A stretch of DNA of 52,494 nucleotides, taken from IMG/VR virus record IMGVR_UViG_3300032931_000510, positions 1 to 52,494 of that record, one strand, 5' to 3'. The notes beneath the pieces were generated by a model. The model made no database searches. It saw only the letters and a list, made by a program, of their open reading frames with translations, and had not been told where the DNA came from. The stretch comes from a virus (Duplodnaviria > Caudoviricetes). Below, one piece after another: positions 36,648-46,055 of the stretch. The first letter of the stretch is position 1, and each line of letters begins with the position of its first letter. Made by a program: the position numbers and the translations under genes.

Positions 36648-38969
36648 TTATCTCGCAATTTTCTCAATGAACCGCGAGACCAGGATTCGATTGCTATACT
36701 TGGCTTTGCCCTGCTTGATAAACGCTTGCGACAACTTACGGGCCGTCACGGTGCCCTTGATCGTGATCGCGGCATCCTTCACGACCAGCGAGTCTCCATC
36801 AGGCAGCAGATAGAATCGATCATAGCCTGAGGTCCAGCTTTCCAAGAACTTTTCGCTCTTGAGCCGCTTGGCCAAGACCTTTGATTGCAGCATCAATAGT
36901 CTTCGTGCCTCTCGGGTGTGGAATTGCCCGACGGTGCCGGTGGCACCCTTTTCCGGTACATAGTATTGGACAATATCCGACGAGGTGCCACCGATAAAGA
37001 ACCCGTAAATCCCGATCCCACAGGATTTTCTCAAGAGATTCATGAGGCCACAGGTCGTGGCACGATAGCCATCAGAGGCCATCAACATCACTTGGGTGTT
37101 ATCCGCTGGATTGCGAAGATAGACCCGCTCACGGTCACTATTAAAACGAGTTGAGTGATTATCAAGATCAACATAACTCGTGGTATGATTGGCATCGCCA
37201 TCATGCACAATCACCAGATTCACCAGGTCCAATCGTCGGGCCGTCTTGAATTCCTTAATGATCGGCAACATGGCCACCAAGGCTTCATCCAATGGTGTGC
37301 TATCCAACGATTCTTCGGGTAACTCCGTCAAGATATCCTGGTTATACATGTGATTATTGGCATTATTATGATGGGGGTTATATGATGGATACTTGTGATT
37401 GGAATACGCTTCCGCCAAGGCCAATTGATTCATCATCGCCTGTGTGAACTGTTGCCCCTGCATATTCGAATTAATGATCTCCCTCAGGCCCAGGGTACCC
37501 ATCGTCAAGGTACCGGGAATCTTCTCAAACGAATGTGTGGCAGGGAGATATCGGTTATCGCTCTTTCGGTCCGCTACCCCATAGGCAACAAACGGGATAT
37601 TGACCTTCCGGCAAAAGCTTGCCAGAATAAGGATCTGCTCGATGGCACCCTTCATCTGGTTCCGCATCGAACCAGACTTATCTAACAATAACACCAGACC
37701 GTGACTCTTGCCCTGTTGTAAGGTCGTGATCTTCTTGAAAATACTATCCTCGGTCCGAAACAAGCCCAGTTTCGACATATTGATATCGCCCGAGTCTGCC
37801 ACTTTAGCCCGGATGAACTTCTTGGCCGCTTTCTTCATTTCGAATTCTTTGACCATCGTATTGATATACGACTGGTTTTTCTCTTGAAATTGCACCAATA
37901 ATTCATGTGATCGCTGGGTGTTATTGAGCACCCTCGTCAACTTCTCATTGACCACTTTTTGTGAGGTGACCACATTCTTGATATTCACCGTAGGGATATC
38001 AATATAGCGGGTCATGGGCGCATCTTTGGCATTCAACAGATGTTCGTTGGCTCGAAACGCTTCCTCGGTTTTTGCAGAAGGAACAAATTCCTCACTGGAT
38101 TCGCCCCCAGTACCGTCAGCATCTTTCTTACCTTTTTCGTCGCCATCTTCGTCTTCGCCATCTTCGTCGCCGTCCTCGTCGCCATCTTCGTCTTCGCCAT
38201 CTTCGCCATCTTCGCCATCTTCGCCATCTTCGTCTTCGCCATCTTCGTCTTCGCCATCTTCGCCGCCTTCTTCGCCGTCTTCATCTTCGTATTCGTCTCC
38301 GGCCTCTTCTTCGTCGCCCTCTTCTTCGTCGCCCGACAAGCTATCGGACATATCCTGCATCTTTTGCTTTTTATTGTCGCGGTCTTCCTGTTGTTCTTTT
38401 TTCGAGTATTCCCAAATTTTATCAGTGGCATCGAGGACATCGGCCCATGATTCCGCTTTCTCGACCAGCGCCAACAAGGCCCGTTCTTGTGTGTTGAACC
38501 GAATATTCATCGCAAACCCCATTTTGCAATGGAGATTAATACGATCAATAAAAAACAGGGTGGAAGTATCGGTGCCCTTGACTTTGAACAAATCCCGTTC
38601 ATGGAGCGTATTGTACGCCTTGATAAACGGTCTCCGCAAGCCGGGGTACTGTCTCTTGATAAGCTTTTCGATACGGGCATCCTCAACGATATTGAGAAAA
38701 TGCTTATAGGATTGCTGCCGCTTGGTCTGACCCGTGATGGCCGAATGCCATCCAGCAAACGGGGTATTTCTGGCATGGGAAATTTCATGGCCGAGCAACA
38801 TATCGTACATATCGCCATCCATGGCTTCCCATACCGGACAATTCAAGACCCGATTTTTGAGATCAAAGGAGGCGGTACTGAGTTTCGGGTTATGCTCAAC
38901 CCGGATGTTCTCGGTGGCCAGTAATTTTGCGAGGAGTGATTTCGATTCAATCTGTGTGTTATTCATCAT
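36648..38969 (-). CDS. CobT-like protein: N-terminal HExxH metallopeptidase-like domain, acidic linker, VWA domain
   Basis: LAKLLATEN, GHEISHA, NIVEDARIE, LDKSGSM (MIDAS), STPL, HDGD. Confidence 0.85.
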   Translation of the reverse strand: MMNNTQIESKSLLAKLLATENIRVEHNPKLSTASFDLKNRVLNCPVWEAMDGDMYDMLLGHEISHARNTPFAGWHSAITGQTKRQQSYKHFLNIVEDARIEKLIKRQYPGLRRPFIKAYNTLHERDLFKVKGTDTSTLFFIDRINLHCKMGFAMNIRFNTQERALLALVEKAESWADVLDATDKIWEYSKKEQQEDRDNKKQKMQDMSDSLSGDEEEGDEEEAGDEYEDEDGEEGGEDGEDEDGEDEDGEDGEDGEDGEDEDGDEDGDEDGEDEDGDEKGKKDADGTGGESSEEFVPSAKTEEAFRANEHLLNAKDAPMTRYIDIPTVNIKNVVTSQKVVNEKLTRVLNNTQRSHELLVQFQEKNQSYINTMVKEFEMKKAAKKFIRAKVADSGDINMSKLGLFRTEDSIFKKITTLQQGKSHGLVLLLDKSGSMRNQMKGAIEQILILASFCRKVNIPFVAYGVADRKSDNRYLPATHSFEKIPGTLTMGTLGLREIINSNMQGQQFTQAMMNQLALAEAYSNHKYPSYNPHHNNANNHMYNQDILTELPEESLDSTPLDEALVAMLPIIKEFKTARRLDLVNLVIVHDGDANHTTSYVDLDNHSTRFNSDRERVYLRNPADNTQVMLMASDGYRATTCGLMNLLRKSCGIGIYGFFIGGTSSDIVQYYVPEKGATGTVGQFHTREARRLLMLQSKVLAKRLKSEKFLESWTSGYDRFYLLPDGDSLVVKDAAITIKGTVTARKLSQAFIKQGKAKYSNRILVSRFIEKIAR
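38138..38335. repeat. Degenerate tandem repeat encoding an (E/D/G)-rich linker
   Basis: Repeated TCGCCATCT/TCGTCT units; translates as EDGEDEDG... Confidence 0.9.
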
Positions 38970-38975
38970 GGTGTT

Positions 38976-39004
38976 AGAATAACATAGTCGGCAAAATTAG
39001 TCAA
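38976..39004 (-). promoter_or_regulatory. sigma70-type promoter TTGACT-17-TATTCT (extended -10)
   Basis: The -10 box ends 6 nt before ATG 38969. Confidence 0.75.
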
Positions 39005-39018
39005 TAACAAAATGCAAC

Positions 39019-39036
39019 ATTAGAGGATTATAATGT
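39019..39036. repeat. 18-bp element ATTAGAGGATTATAATGT, copy 2
   Basis: Identical to 36606-36623. Confidence 0.9.
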
Positions 39037-39173
39037 CCAAAACTGAACATCAATAATATCAATGAGTTATGAAATTATAACTGATTTTAGTATTTTTTAT
39101 GGGGGTGTGGGATAGATCCACTTGAGGAGAGATCGACCGTCCTGGACCGTTCTAGGAGGTTCTAGAACATAAT

Positions 39174-40772
39174 CTAGACCGGCTTCTGGAAGACATACAG
39201 CGGTTCATATTTGAGGTACAAGCCATTAGACTTGCAAAAGTTACGAGTTTTGGGGATTCCCGTTTCGGTATCGCGCCGATTGCCGCCTGGCATCGATGCC
39301 AAGGCCATCTTATACTTTTTCTTGAATGTGAGACCATACTGAGCAAACAACTGACAGGAATCCGATTCTAGCGGTAGAACCTCACCACTGAATTCAGCAT
39401 CGGCGATATTCCAGACCACATAGCCTCCAGGTCGAAGCCATTGGGCAATCGTCTTGATGGTTTCCTCAAGAAATTCCGTCTTCCATGCCGCATACCCCGT
39501 AAACTTGATACAGGATTGCTCAGGATCTTCTGAATAGCGTTCCTTGGAGAAGTACGGAGGACTGGTAAAGACCAAACTCACCTTCCCTTTGTATTGCTGG
39601 AAGGCGGGATCAAACTGCATCATTTCAGATCCAAGCTGCCAGAACTTGAAGTCATTATGAGGAATCGCCCACAGGCCACTCCGTAGCACATGGGTCCGAT
39701 AGAAATCATATATCTCGTGGTATTTCGTCCGTCCTGGGGTCGTGTTATGGTCGGTATTGGGATCATTACCCAGATAGGTCAGATGCCGAGTATCGTCGGC
39801 CGACAGGGCCCCCACCAAACGACCGCCCCAGCCGCTCGACGGGTCCCAGACGATAATGTTCTCGTCCTTTCGAAAGTCTTTGGTAAAGGTATCATAGATC
39901 CACTTGGCAATCGGTGGGGGAAAATTCACGGCGTACTGACTAAAGGAAATCCGAAAGGACTTGAATCCTACAGGAAACAACTGTTGCCCTTTTTGATAAA
40001 TCCGAATACGATAGGACTCAGACCGTTCCCAATCAATGTTGGTACGACACTGAGACGGAATCAGCTCGCCTAGTGATTCGATCTCTGTCCGAGTGATGGC
40101 CAGTTGTTGGACGGTTTTCAGGGCGTCGTTGTGTCCGGTATAGCCTTGTTCGTCATCAAACGGTCCGAGCCAATAATCCACACCATGATCCCGTTTCCGA
40201 TAATCGTGTTCAAATTGACGAATCCAATCCACCGCTGTCTCGGCCGTGGGATACTGTTCATACTGGACCAGATCATTCGGTTGTGCCGGGACGGAATAGT
40301 GATAAAACGAATCGCGCTTGAAATGTCGTGTGGCATAGGTCACAAACCGATCCAACAATTCATCTTGCACAAAAAAGTCATAGATCGAACGACCTGAACC
40401 GGCATCCTTGGTATAATTGATTCGGGTCTTCAGCATCGTCGGAAAGAATTGATTGACGGCATTCCCCAAACGCGAGGAGATACGAATCACATCGAGTTCA
40501 TTCGTCAGTTCATCCTTCACTAGAATCGTCTTGTTCTTGGTGTCCAGATAGGTGAAATCGTGAAGTTCCTGGAATTGCCTACACAGTTCTTCCATTGGGG
40601 CCCCAGCGACCGGAGGCTGCCCCTCATGATCCCAGAGATGGACCACCAACTTTCGGAGATCAATGATCCACTGACGAAACTCATCGGTCGTCATGACCAA
40701 GACTTGATCGAAGGTGATATTGATCGGTGAGTTGAGGAATTGGGCATTCTTTTCATAGAAATATTGTGTCAT
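39174..40772 (-). CDS. Large SAM-dependent DNA amino-methyltransferase-like protein
   Basis: WDPSSGWGGR (motif I-like), FTSPPYF (motif IV), LRPGG, YEP. Confidence 0.8.
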   Translation of the reverse strand: MTQYFYEKNAQFLNSPINITFDQVLVMTTDEFRQWIIDLRKLVVHLWDHEGQPPVAGAPMEELCRQFQELHDFTYLDTKNKTILVKDELTNELDVIRISSRLGNAVNQFFPTMLKTRINYTKDAGSGRSIYDFFVQDELLDRFVTYATRHFKRDSFYHYSVPAQPNDLVQYEQYPTAETAVDWIRQFEHDYRKRDHGVDYWLGPFDDEQGYTGHNDALKTVQQLAITRTEIESLGELIPSQCRTNIDWERSESYRIRIYQKGQQLFPVGFKSFRISFSQYAVNFPPPIAKWIYDTFTKDFRKDENIIVWDPSSGWGGRLVGALSADDTRHLTYLGNDPNTDHNTTPGRTKYHEIYDFYRTHVLRSGLWAIPHNDFKFWQLGSEMMQFDPAFQQYKGKVSLVFTSPPYFSKERYSEDPEQSCIKFTGYAAWKTEFLEETIKTIAQWLRPGGYVVWNIADAEFSGEVLPLESDSCQLFAQYGLTFKKKYKMALASMPGGNRRDTETGIPKTRNFCKSNGLYLKYEPLYVFQKPV

Positions 40773-41170
40773 AGCGGCAATGTCCCTGCGGTGGTTGTGG
40801 TATTGGAATGGTTGAAGTGTTGGATCAGTAGCTTATGTGTCTTGGCGCGTCTGAGCATGTCCTTGGTGCCCTTGGACTGGGCGAGATCATCATGGAAGGC
40901 AAAGACGAGATCCGGTTGACCCTCATCGATCATCTGTTGATTGCGAAGTGGTCCCGCGATTTTTCCATGATCTTCCCAACGGGCGCGATATTCGAGATAG
41001 GGGATCGTGTGAATCTGTGCGACCTGACGGGCACAGGAATCCGCACCCGTGGCACCACCTTCAATAATCATCGAGGGTTGATACCAGAGGAGTATCCGCT
41101 CGATCATCTCAAAGTCGGTCCAGTTTCGATCACCACAGACCAGGATGCGTTTGTGCTTATTAAAAATCAT
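40769..41170 (-). CDS. SLOG-family (YspA/DUF2493-like) protein
   Basis: ILVCGDR, EGGATGAD, AGPLRNQQM, SKGTKDM. Confidence 0.85.
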   Translation of the reverse strand: MIFNKHKRILVCGDRNWTDFEMIERILLWYQPSMIIEGGATGADSCARQVAQIHTIPYLEYRARWEDHGKIAGPLRNQQMIDEGQPDLVFAFHDDLAQSKGTKDMLRRAKTHKLLIQHFNHSNTTTTAGTLPL

Positions 41171-41175
41171 AGGAC

Positions 41176-41204
41176 AGTATAACACAGATCAACAGAAAAG
41201 TCAA
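41176..41204 (-). promoter_or_regulatory. sigma70-type promoter TTGACT-17-TATACT (extended -10)
   Basis: The -10 box ends 5 nt before ATG 41170. Confidence 0.75.
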
Positions 41205-42037
41205 GAGGCCACATTCCATATCAAGACCGTTTCAGGTCGGTCGTGTGTCTTGTACCACTCAATCATGGGACGCCAGACCTTGGCATCGTAGGTGGGGGCG
41301 GAAGGAAACGGAGGGGCATCACAGGATTTGACGGGGCGATCAAACTTATAGGGGGAACGATGATGGATGGCCCGACCGATTTCCCGTTCTTTCATGGCAT
41401 GACCTACCGAGACCACATGGATTTCTGAATAGGGCCATGCCAGTTGGAGGCCTCGATTCAAGGTACCTGATGATCCGACGGTCCATACATGCTCAGGGGT
41501 AAAGGGAATTTGTCGCCGCGCCACTTTCATGATACTGACCAGCACCGAAGGATGTTCCAGTCCGATAGGTAAGAGGACTCGATTGGTAGGGTTCGCTTGC
41601 TGATATTCACGGGCCCGGGCATTCGTCACATTGAGCATTCCATCCTTGATCCAATGATACTGGGCACCAAGTTCAAGACCTCGTTTTTGATACTCGGTAT
41701 AGTTTTCAGGATCGCGCTTGGCCATAAAGAGATGGACAGACTTTCCATATCGAGAGGCCACGACCGGCAAACTGATCTGAGCATAGCCTGTAGCCGGGCA
41801 GGAACCAAAGACAATCTCCTGTTCGGGCATAGTCCGAATGAGATAATCCACAAACCGTATCTTGGAACCATAACCCAAGAGATCGTCGCGCACAACCTGG
41901 TAGCCCTCATGCTCAATAATTTGAATGGATGGATTCGGGTCCGTCCAGGCAGTGTGTCGCATTTCTTCGAACATATTATCAATCATATTATCAATCATAC
42001 TAAATGGGGGATTCGGGTCAGACCACTGATTATTCAC
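41201..42037 (-). CDS. Fold-type II PLP-dependent enzyme
   Basis: VVRDDLLGYGSKIR (PLP lysine), WTVGSSGTL (phosphate loop), TYDAK, LIWNVA. Confidence 0.75.
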   Translation of the reverse strand: MNNQWSDPNPPFSMIDNMIDNMFEEMRHTAWTDPNPSIQIIEHEGYQVVRDDLLGYGSKIRFVDYLIRTMPEQEIVFGSCPATGYAQISLPVVASRYGKSVHLFMAKRDPENYTEYQKRGLELGAQYHWIKDGMLNVTNARAREYQQANPTNRVLLPIGLEHPSVLVSIMKVARRQIPFTPEHVWTVGSSGTLNRGLQLAWPYSEIHVVSVGHAMKEREIGRAIHHRSPYKFDRPVKSCDAPPFPSAPTYDAKVWRPMIEWYKTHDRPETVLIWNVAS

Positions 42038-42581
42038 TTTTAAGTAAAACCCACCCTTTGGATTTTCCTTTAATTATTGGTCGCTGTAGACGGAAGGATT
42101 TCAATAATGCTTGATGGTATATGCCATGCTCCTTACAAAATCTGACGATTGATCCAATGATGGAAAATTGATGCCCATTTGGGGATTGGATTAGGAAAGT
42201 TTTTGCGTTATGATTGCTACTCCCTGTATATCTTCCTACCTTGGCGTCCCGCATTTTCTGTCTTGTTTGTTCTGACGGGTTCAATTGACCTATTCCTCCC
42301 GAATTCGAATTATACCCTTTTGGTGCCAAGCTACCATGATGAACGATTAACTCCTTTTCTTTGGTGAAGGCCTCCCCTTCCTCCTCACACTCGAAAATGC
42401 TCTCAATGGTGAATTCGTCCTTGCTGTGTTTCCGTAAAGCATTATGGAAATAAAAATCATACACATTACAACGGGCATCCTTTAGATGTTGTTGCCATCT
42501 CATGAAAAGTGACCTTTTCGTGACTCCTATATACACCTTTGATGAAGGAATGTGGGTGACTTTATATAGGGTATACATCAC
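42030..42581 (-). mobile_element. Free-standing GIY-YIG homing endonuclease with NUMOD3-like motif
   Basis: LYKVT...VYIGVT...RWQQH, GYN...GG, SEQTRQKMR; AT-rich. Confidence 0.85.
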
Positions 42582-43722
42582 TTATCATTTTTTCTAATTT
42601 GGGGGTCACCACAACATCACATACTAAATGGATTCTCTCTTCTGTGCCATGGTTTATCACACGGTGGGGTTTTCTTGTATCTAGTATCCAACATTCTCCG
42701 AACCCGAAGTGATACTCTTCTTGTTCATCGTTTCCGTTCCAGGTACTAAAGAGGACTTTATCGTTTGTTCTTAGAGGGAAGTGCAAGCGGGCGAGGGCGC
42801 CAAGTGTGTTGCCAGCATCCGTATCAACTTGATCCGTGTGGCGATAAATCTCTCCACCACCTGGGGTCACCTTCATTAGTCTGACCCGGTGCACTTCCCC
42901 ATCTAAAAAGGAAAGGAGTTCGCGCACCTCAGGAAATTGTTCATACAAATATGTATCTTGGAGCGCAAACTGCTCATGTTTATGTTCCTCCGCCCACTTA
43001 TCATTCATTTCTGATGGTTTGGTAATAAAACTAGGATCAGGAGAATACCCTCTGAGGCTCAAAGCTGACCATGCCCTGTCTCTGTTATAGTTTGAGTAAT
43101 GGGCAGTATAGTTCAACTTGAGGGAGTCAATCTTCTGAAGAATACCGACAAGTAAGGTGCAGTCCACTGGGCGAATCTTCGCCATGCCGACCAGATCGGC
43201 TATGGAGACTTTGGGATGTTGTCGGGGTCCAAAACTTGATGCAGCCGAGTCCCGAAAGTACACGGCCGTGATTTCAGCAAACGAGGAGACTTTATAGCCT
43301 ATTCTCTTGAATCCATTCTCTTCTGCCAGGGTACAGATATCCTTTTGTCCCGCATAACAGGTGAGCCAGGTGTTCTCTTCGACAAAGACCCAGAGTAGAG
43401 ACCTGAATAAGTCATTCAACCCCTGTGGGGTGGCACAGAGATGGGAAATGGTGCAGTCCCCTTTCATCTTTTCCCCGATCACGGTCTTGCCGTGCATCAC
43501 GATCTTGCTGGGCATCTTCGCACGTTTGGAGACATAGCAGGCGTCGATATGCTGATCGGAACCCCCACGGATGACAGACAACCCACCCAGATGAAGTTGC
43601 TGGGCCACATTGTTCTTTTTGAATTTCCCAAAGGGCGACAGTGCATGGGCATTATAGGGAGCATAGAAGGCCTCAATCTCCTTGAGGAGATCCATCTGAA
43701 CCCCATGTTGCCAGTCTTTCAT
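42562..43722 (-). CDS. Fusion: GNAT-like N-terminal domain + aspartyl/asparaginyl beta-hydroxylase-like 2OG-Fe(II) oxygenase
   Basis: C-terminal RVRLM...IYRHTD...RLHFPL...DTRKPHRVIN...RIHLVCD (HxD...H, R). N-terminal ISHL...WLTC...ENGFKRIG resembles GNAT motifs A/B (weaker call). Confidence 0.7.
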   Translation of the reverse strand: MKDWQHGVQMDLLKEIEAFYAPYNAHALSPFGKFKKNNVAQQLHLGGLSVIRGGSDQHIDACYVSKRAKMPSKIVMHGKTVIGEKMKGDCTISHLCATPQGLNDLFRSLLWVFVEENTWLTCYAGQKDICTLAEENGFKRIGYKVSSFAEITAVYFRDSAASSFGPRQHPKVSIADLVGMAKIRPVDCTLLVGILQKIDSLKLNYTAHYSNYNRDRAWSALSLRGYSPDPSFITKPSEMNDKWAEEHKHEQFALQDTYLYEQFPEVRELLSFLDGEVHRVRLMKVTPGGGEIYRHTDQVDTDAGNTLGALARLHFPLRTNDKVLFSTWNGNDEQEEYHFGFGECWILDTRKPHRVINHGTEERIHLVCDVVVTPKLEKMISDVYPI

Positions 43723-43726
43723 GATC

Positions 43727-44329
43727 TTAGACTTTCTGTGCCTGCTTGAGTTCCGTGATTCGCGCAATCTTCTTGAGCATCTTATCGCGTTTCTTCTTGG
43801 CCATGCTCAGGGTCAGCGTTCCGACCAGGGAGGTAAAGACAATGCCATTCAGATGATCCAGTTCATGACAGAACACCCGGGCCGTCAGGCCACTGAATCG
43901 CGCCTTCTGTGGGGCACCAAAGATATCATACCATTGGACATCAATCCAATCGGGTCGCGTCACAGGGAGATAGAGATAGGGGAAGGTCAAACACCCTTCG
44001 CGCTCACGATTGGTCGTCTCAGACTTCCCACAAATTTCGGGGTTGATGCAGGCCGTCACGGTCTCGCCGGTCATGACAAACATTCGCAGTTTCAGTCCCA
44101 CCTGATTCGCGGCCAGACCCATACCACCATGCTTGAGCATCGTGGCTTCCATGCGCTTGACGATATCCTTGAGTTGTTCAATCGACAGATTGGAATGCAC
44201 AAAATCGTATTCCGACAACCGATCTGCCAGATGGGGATTTTTATGATTGAAGACAGGCAAGGGCTCATAGGTCTTGATGGTGTTGGTGCCTGTGTTGATG
44301 GTCATGATGGAAGGGGTGGTCGTATCCAT
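43727..44329 (-). CDS. def: Peptide deformylase
   Basis: GMGLAANQVG, EGCLT, HELDHLNG. Confidence 0.95.
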   Translation of the reverse strand: MDTTTPSIMTINTGTNTIKTYEPLPVFNHKNPHLADRLSEYDFVHSNLSIEQLKDIVKRMEATMLKHGGMGLAANQVGLKLRMFVMTGETVTACINPEICGKSETTNREREGCLTFPYLYLPVTRPDWIDVQWYDIFGAPQKARFSGLTARVFCHELDHLNGIVFTSLVGTLTLSMAKKKRDKMLKKIARITELKQAQKV

Positions 44330-44342
44330 AATAAATCTCCGG

Positions 44343-46055
44343 TTAGACGGTCGCGTGGGAAAATCCACTGAGCTTTTTCAGATGAATGATGTGCTTATAT
44401 TTATCAATGAGAATATCTACCCGATGGCTGATAATAAAGACATTGGTGGATTCGAGATTATTAATGATCTTGGACAGTTCATCCACCCCCGCGCCATCCA
44501 AGGAGGAATCGAAAATTTCATCCAGGATCAGGAGATTGGTATTGGCGGAGTTTTTGAGTTTCGCAATGGCCCTCCAGGTGAGTAATAACGCCATATCGAT
44601 CCGTTGTTTTTCACCCTCAGAGAAGGACGCATAGGAGAAGGTATCCCGATGCCGGGATTTGATCGTTTCCTCAAAGGCCTCATTGATCGTAAAGTTCACG
44701 AAAAAATCCATCGCGGCCAAATACTTGTTGACCAGGGTATTGATGATGGGGAGATATTGACGAATGATCTTGGTCTTGATACCTGTATCCTTCAAGAGGA
44801 CAGCGGCCGCTTCATAATAGGATTTCTGCTCGACCAACGATTCCCATTGCGACTTGAGCGCGAGCACCTCGGATTGGAGAAGCTGCAACTTATCCTGTTC
44901 CTTCCCGGTCAATGGGGTCGCCTGTTGAAGGGCCAGGATCTTCTTGTTCAATTCGGTATTAAACCGAAGAATCTCCGTGATGGAGGTATTCCAACCAAAG
45001 CTTTTGTTGTTGTGTTCATGAATCAGGGACACCACATTCGATACCGCTGACAGCTTTTCAATTTCGATACTCAATTTTGTGGTCAGACTTTCCATGGCGG
45101 TATGACAGGCCTGGATTTTCCCTGTCAATGCGGTCTGTTGCTGCCGCTTAAAGGTCTCCTCAAGTGACTGACTGCACATAGGACAGGAATCATTTTTCTG
45201 GAGAAATTGAATATGTTTTTCGTGTTTGGCGACCGTGTTCTCCACTTGCGATTCAATGTGATGGAGTTCCTTCAGACGCTTTTCGACACTAGACTTCTCT
45301 TTGGTCTGAGGTGTCAAGGTATCAATGATCGCATTGGTGTGAGTAATCAATAATTCAAGATTAGCGATAGCCCCTAGGTTCTTGGTCTGCTCCTGCTGAT
45401 ACTGTTGGATCTGGTCTTCGTGATTGGTCATCATGGCCGCCAGATAGGATTGCTGCATCACCACTTTGTCTTTGCCGTTCTCCAGGGACAGCTTGGTGCG
45501 CCCAATCTCTTCTTTATTCCCAGAGAGATGTTCCTTGACGACCTGATTCATCGTGGAGAAAATTTGAATGTCCAAGAGGTCTTCGATCACCGCTCGCCGA
45601 TCCTGTGCAGAGAGTTGCATGAATGGGGTGAAGGAGGCCGATCCCAAGATCACAATCTGGGTAAAGGACTTGAAATTGAATTTGAGGATATACTTTTCGA
45701 GATAATCTTGATAGTCGCGGGTTTCCGCATTCTGATTGAGCAAGGTGCCATCCTTGAAAATTTCAAAGACATTGGGCTTGATACCACGGCGCACCTTATA
45801 CTCGGACCCATCAATGGCAAACTCACATTCGACCAGACAGTCTTTGTTGTTGATTGAGTTGACCAGATTCGGTTTGTTGATCTTCCGAAAGGGGAGACCA
45901 AATATGGCATAACACAGCGCATCCAGAATGGTCGACTTCCCGCTCCCATTGATTCCCACGATCAGGGTGGTTTGATGTACATTCAAGGCCACCTCGGTCC
46001 AGTAATTCCCGGTCGAGAGGAGGTTCTTATAGCGAAGGTGTTTGAAATACAGCAT
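44343..46055 (-). CDS. 46: Recombination endonuclease ATPase subunit gp46 (Rad50/SbcC-like)
   Basis: GINGSGKST, CPMC hook, FSEGEK, LILDE. Confidence 0.95.
   Translation of the reverse strand: MLYFKHLRYKNLLSTGNYWTEVALNVHQTTLIVGINGSGKSTILDALCYAIFGLPFRKINKPNLVNSINNKDCLVECEFAIDGSEYKVRRGIKPNVFEIFKDGTLLNQNAETRDYQDYLEKYILKFNFKSFTQIVILGSASFTPFMQLSAQDRRAVIEDLLDIQIFSTMNQVVKEHLSGNKEEIGRTKLSLENGKDKVVMQQSYLAAMMTNHEDQIQQYQQEQTKNLGAIANLELLITHTNAIIDTLTPQTKEKSSVEKRLKELHHIESQVENTVAKHEKHIQFLQKNDSCPMCSQSLEETFKRQQQTALTGKIQACHTAMESLTTKLSIEIEKLSAVSNVVSLIHEHNNKSFGWNTSITEILRFNTELNKKILALQQATPLTGKEQDKLQLLQSEVLALKSQWESLVEQKSYYEAAAVLLKDTGIKTKIIRQYLPIINTLVNKYLAAMDFFVNFTINEAFEETIKSRHRDTFSYASFSEGEKQRIDMALLLTWRAIAKLKNSANTNLLILDEIFDSSLDGAGVDELSKIINNLESTNVFIISHRVDILIDKYKHIIHLKKLSGFSHATV

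Noticed and set aside
38014-38709. Poly-Ser, RHL-repeat, FAI-repeat and MAK-repeat ORFs; possible CRISPR-like array
   Set aside because: Alternative-frame readings of the acidic linker repeat; no repeat-spacer structure.
35306-38969. Cobalamin biosynthesis (cobS/cobT) as an auxiliary metabolic pathway
   Set aside because: No cobN or other cob genes; a MoxR-type AAA+/VWA pair is common in T4-like phages.
36606-39036. 18-bp repeats as att or dif sites of a mobile element
   Set aside because: No integrase or transposase nearby and poor match to dif; the fixed distance to the -35 box favours a regulatory role.
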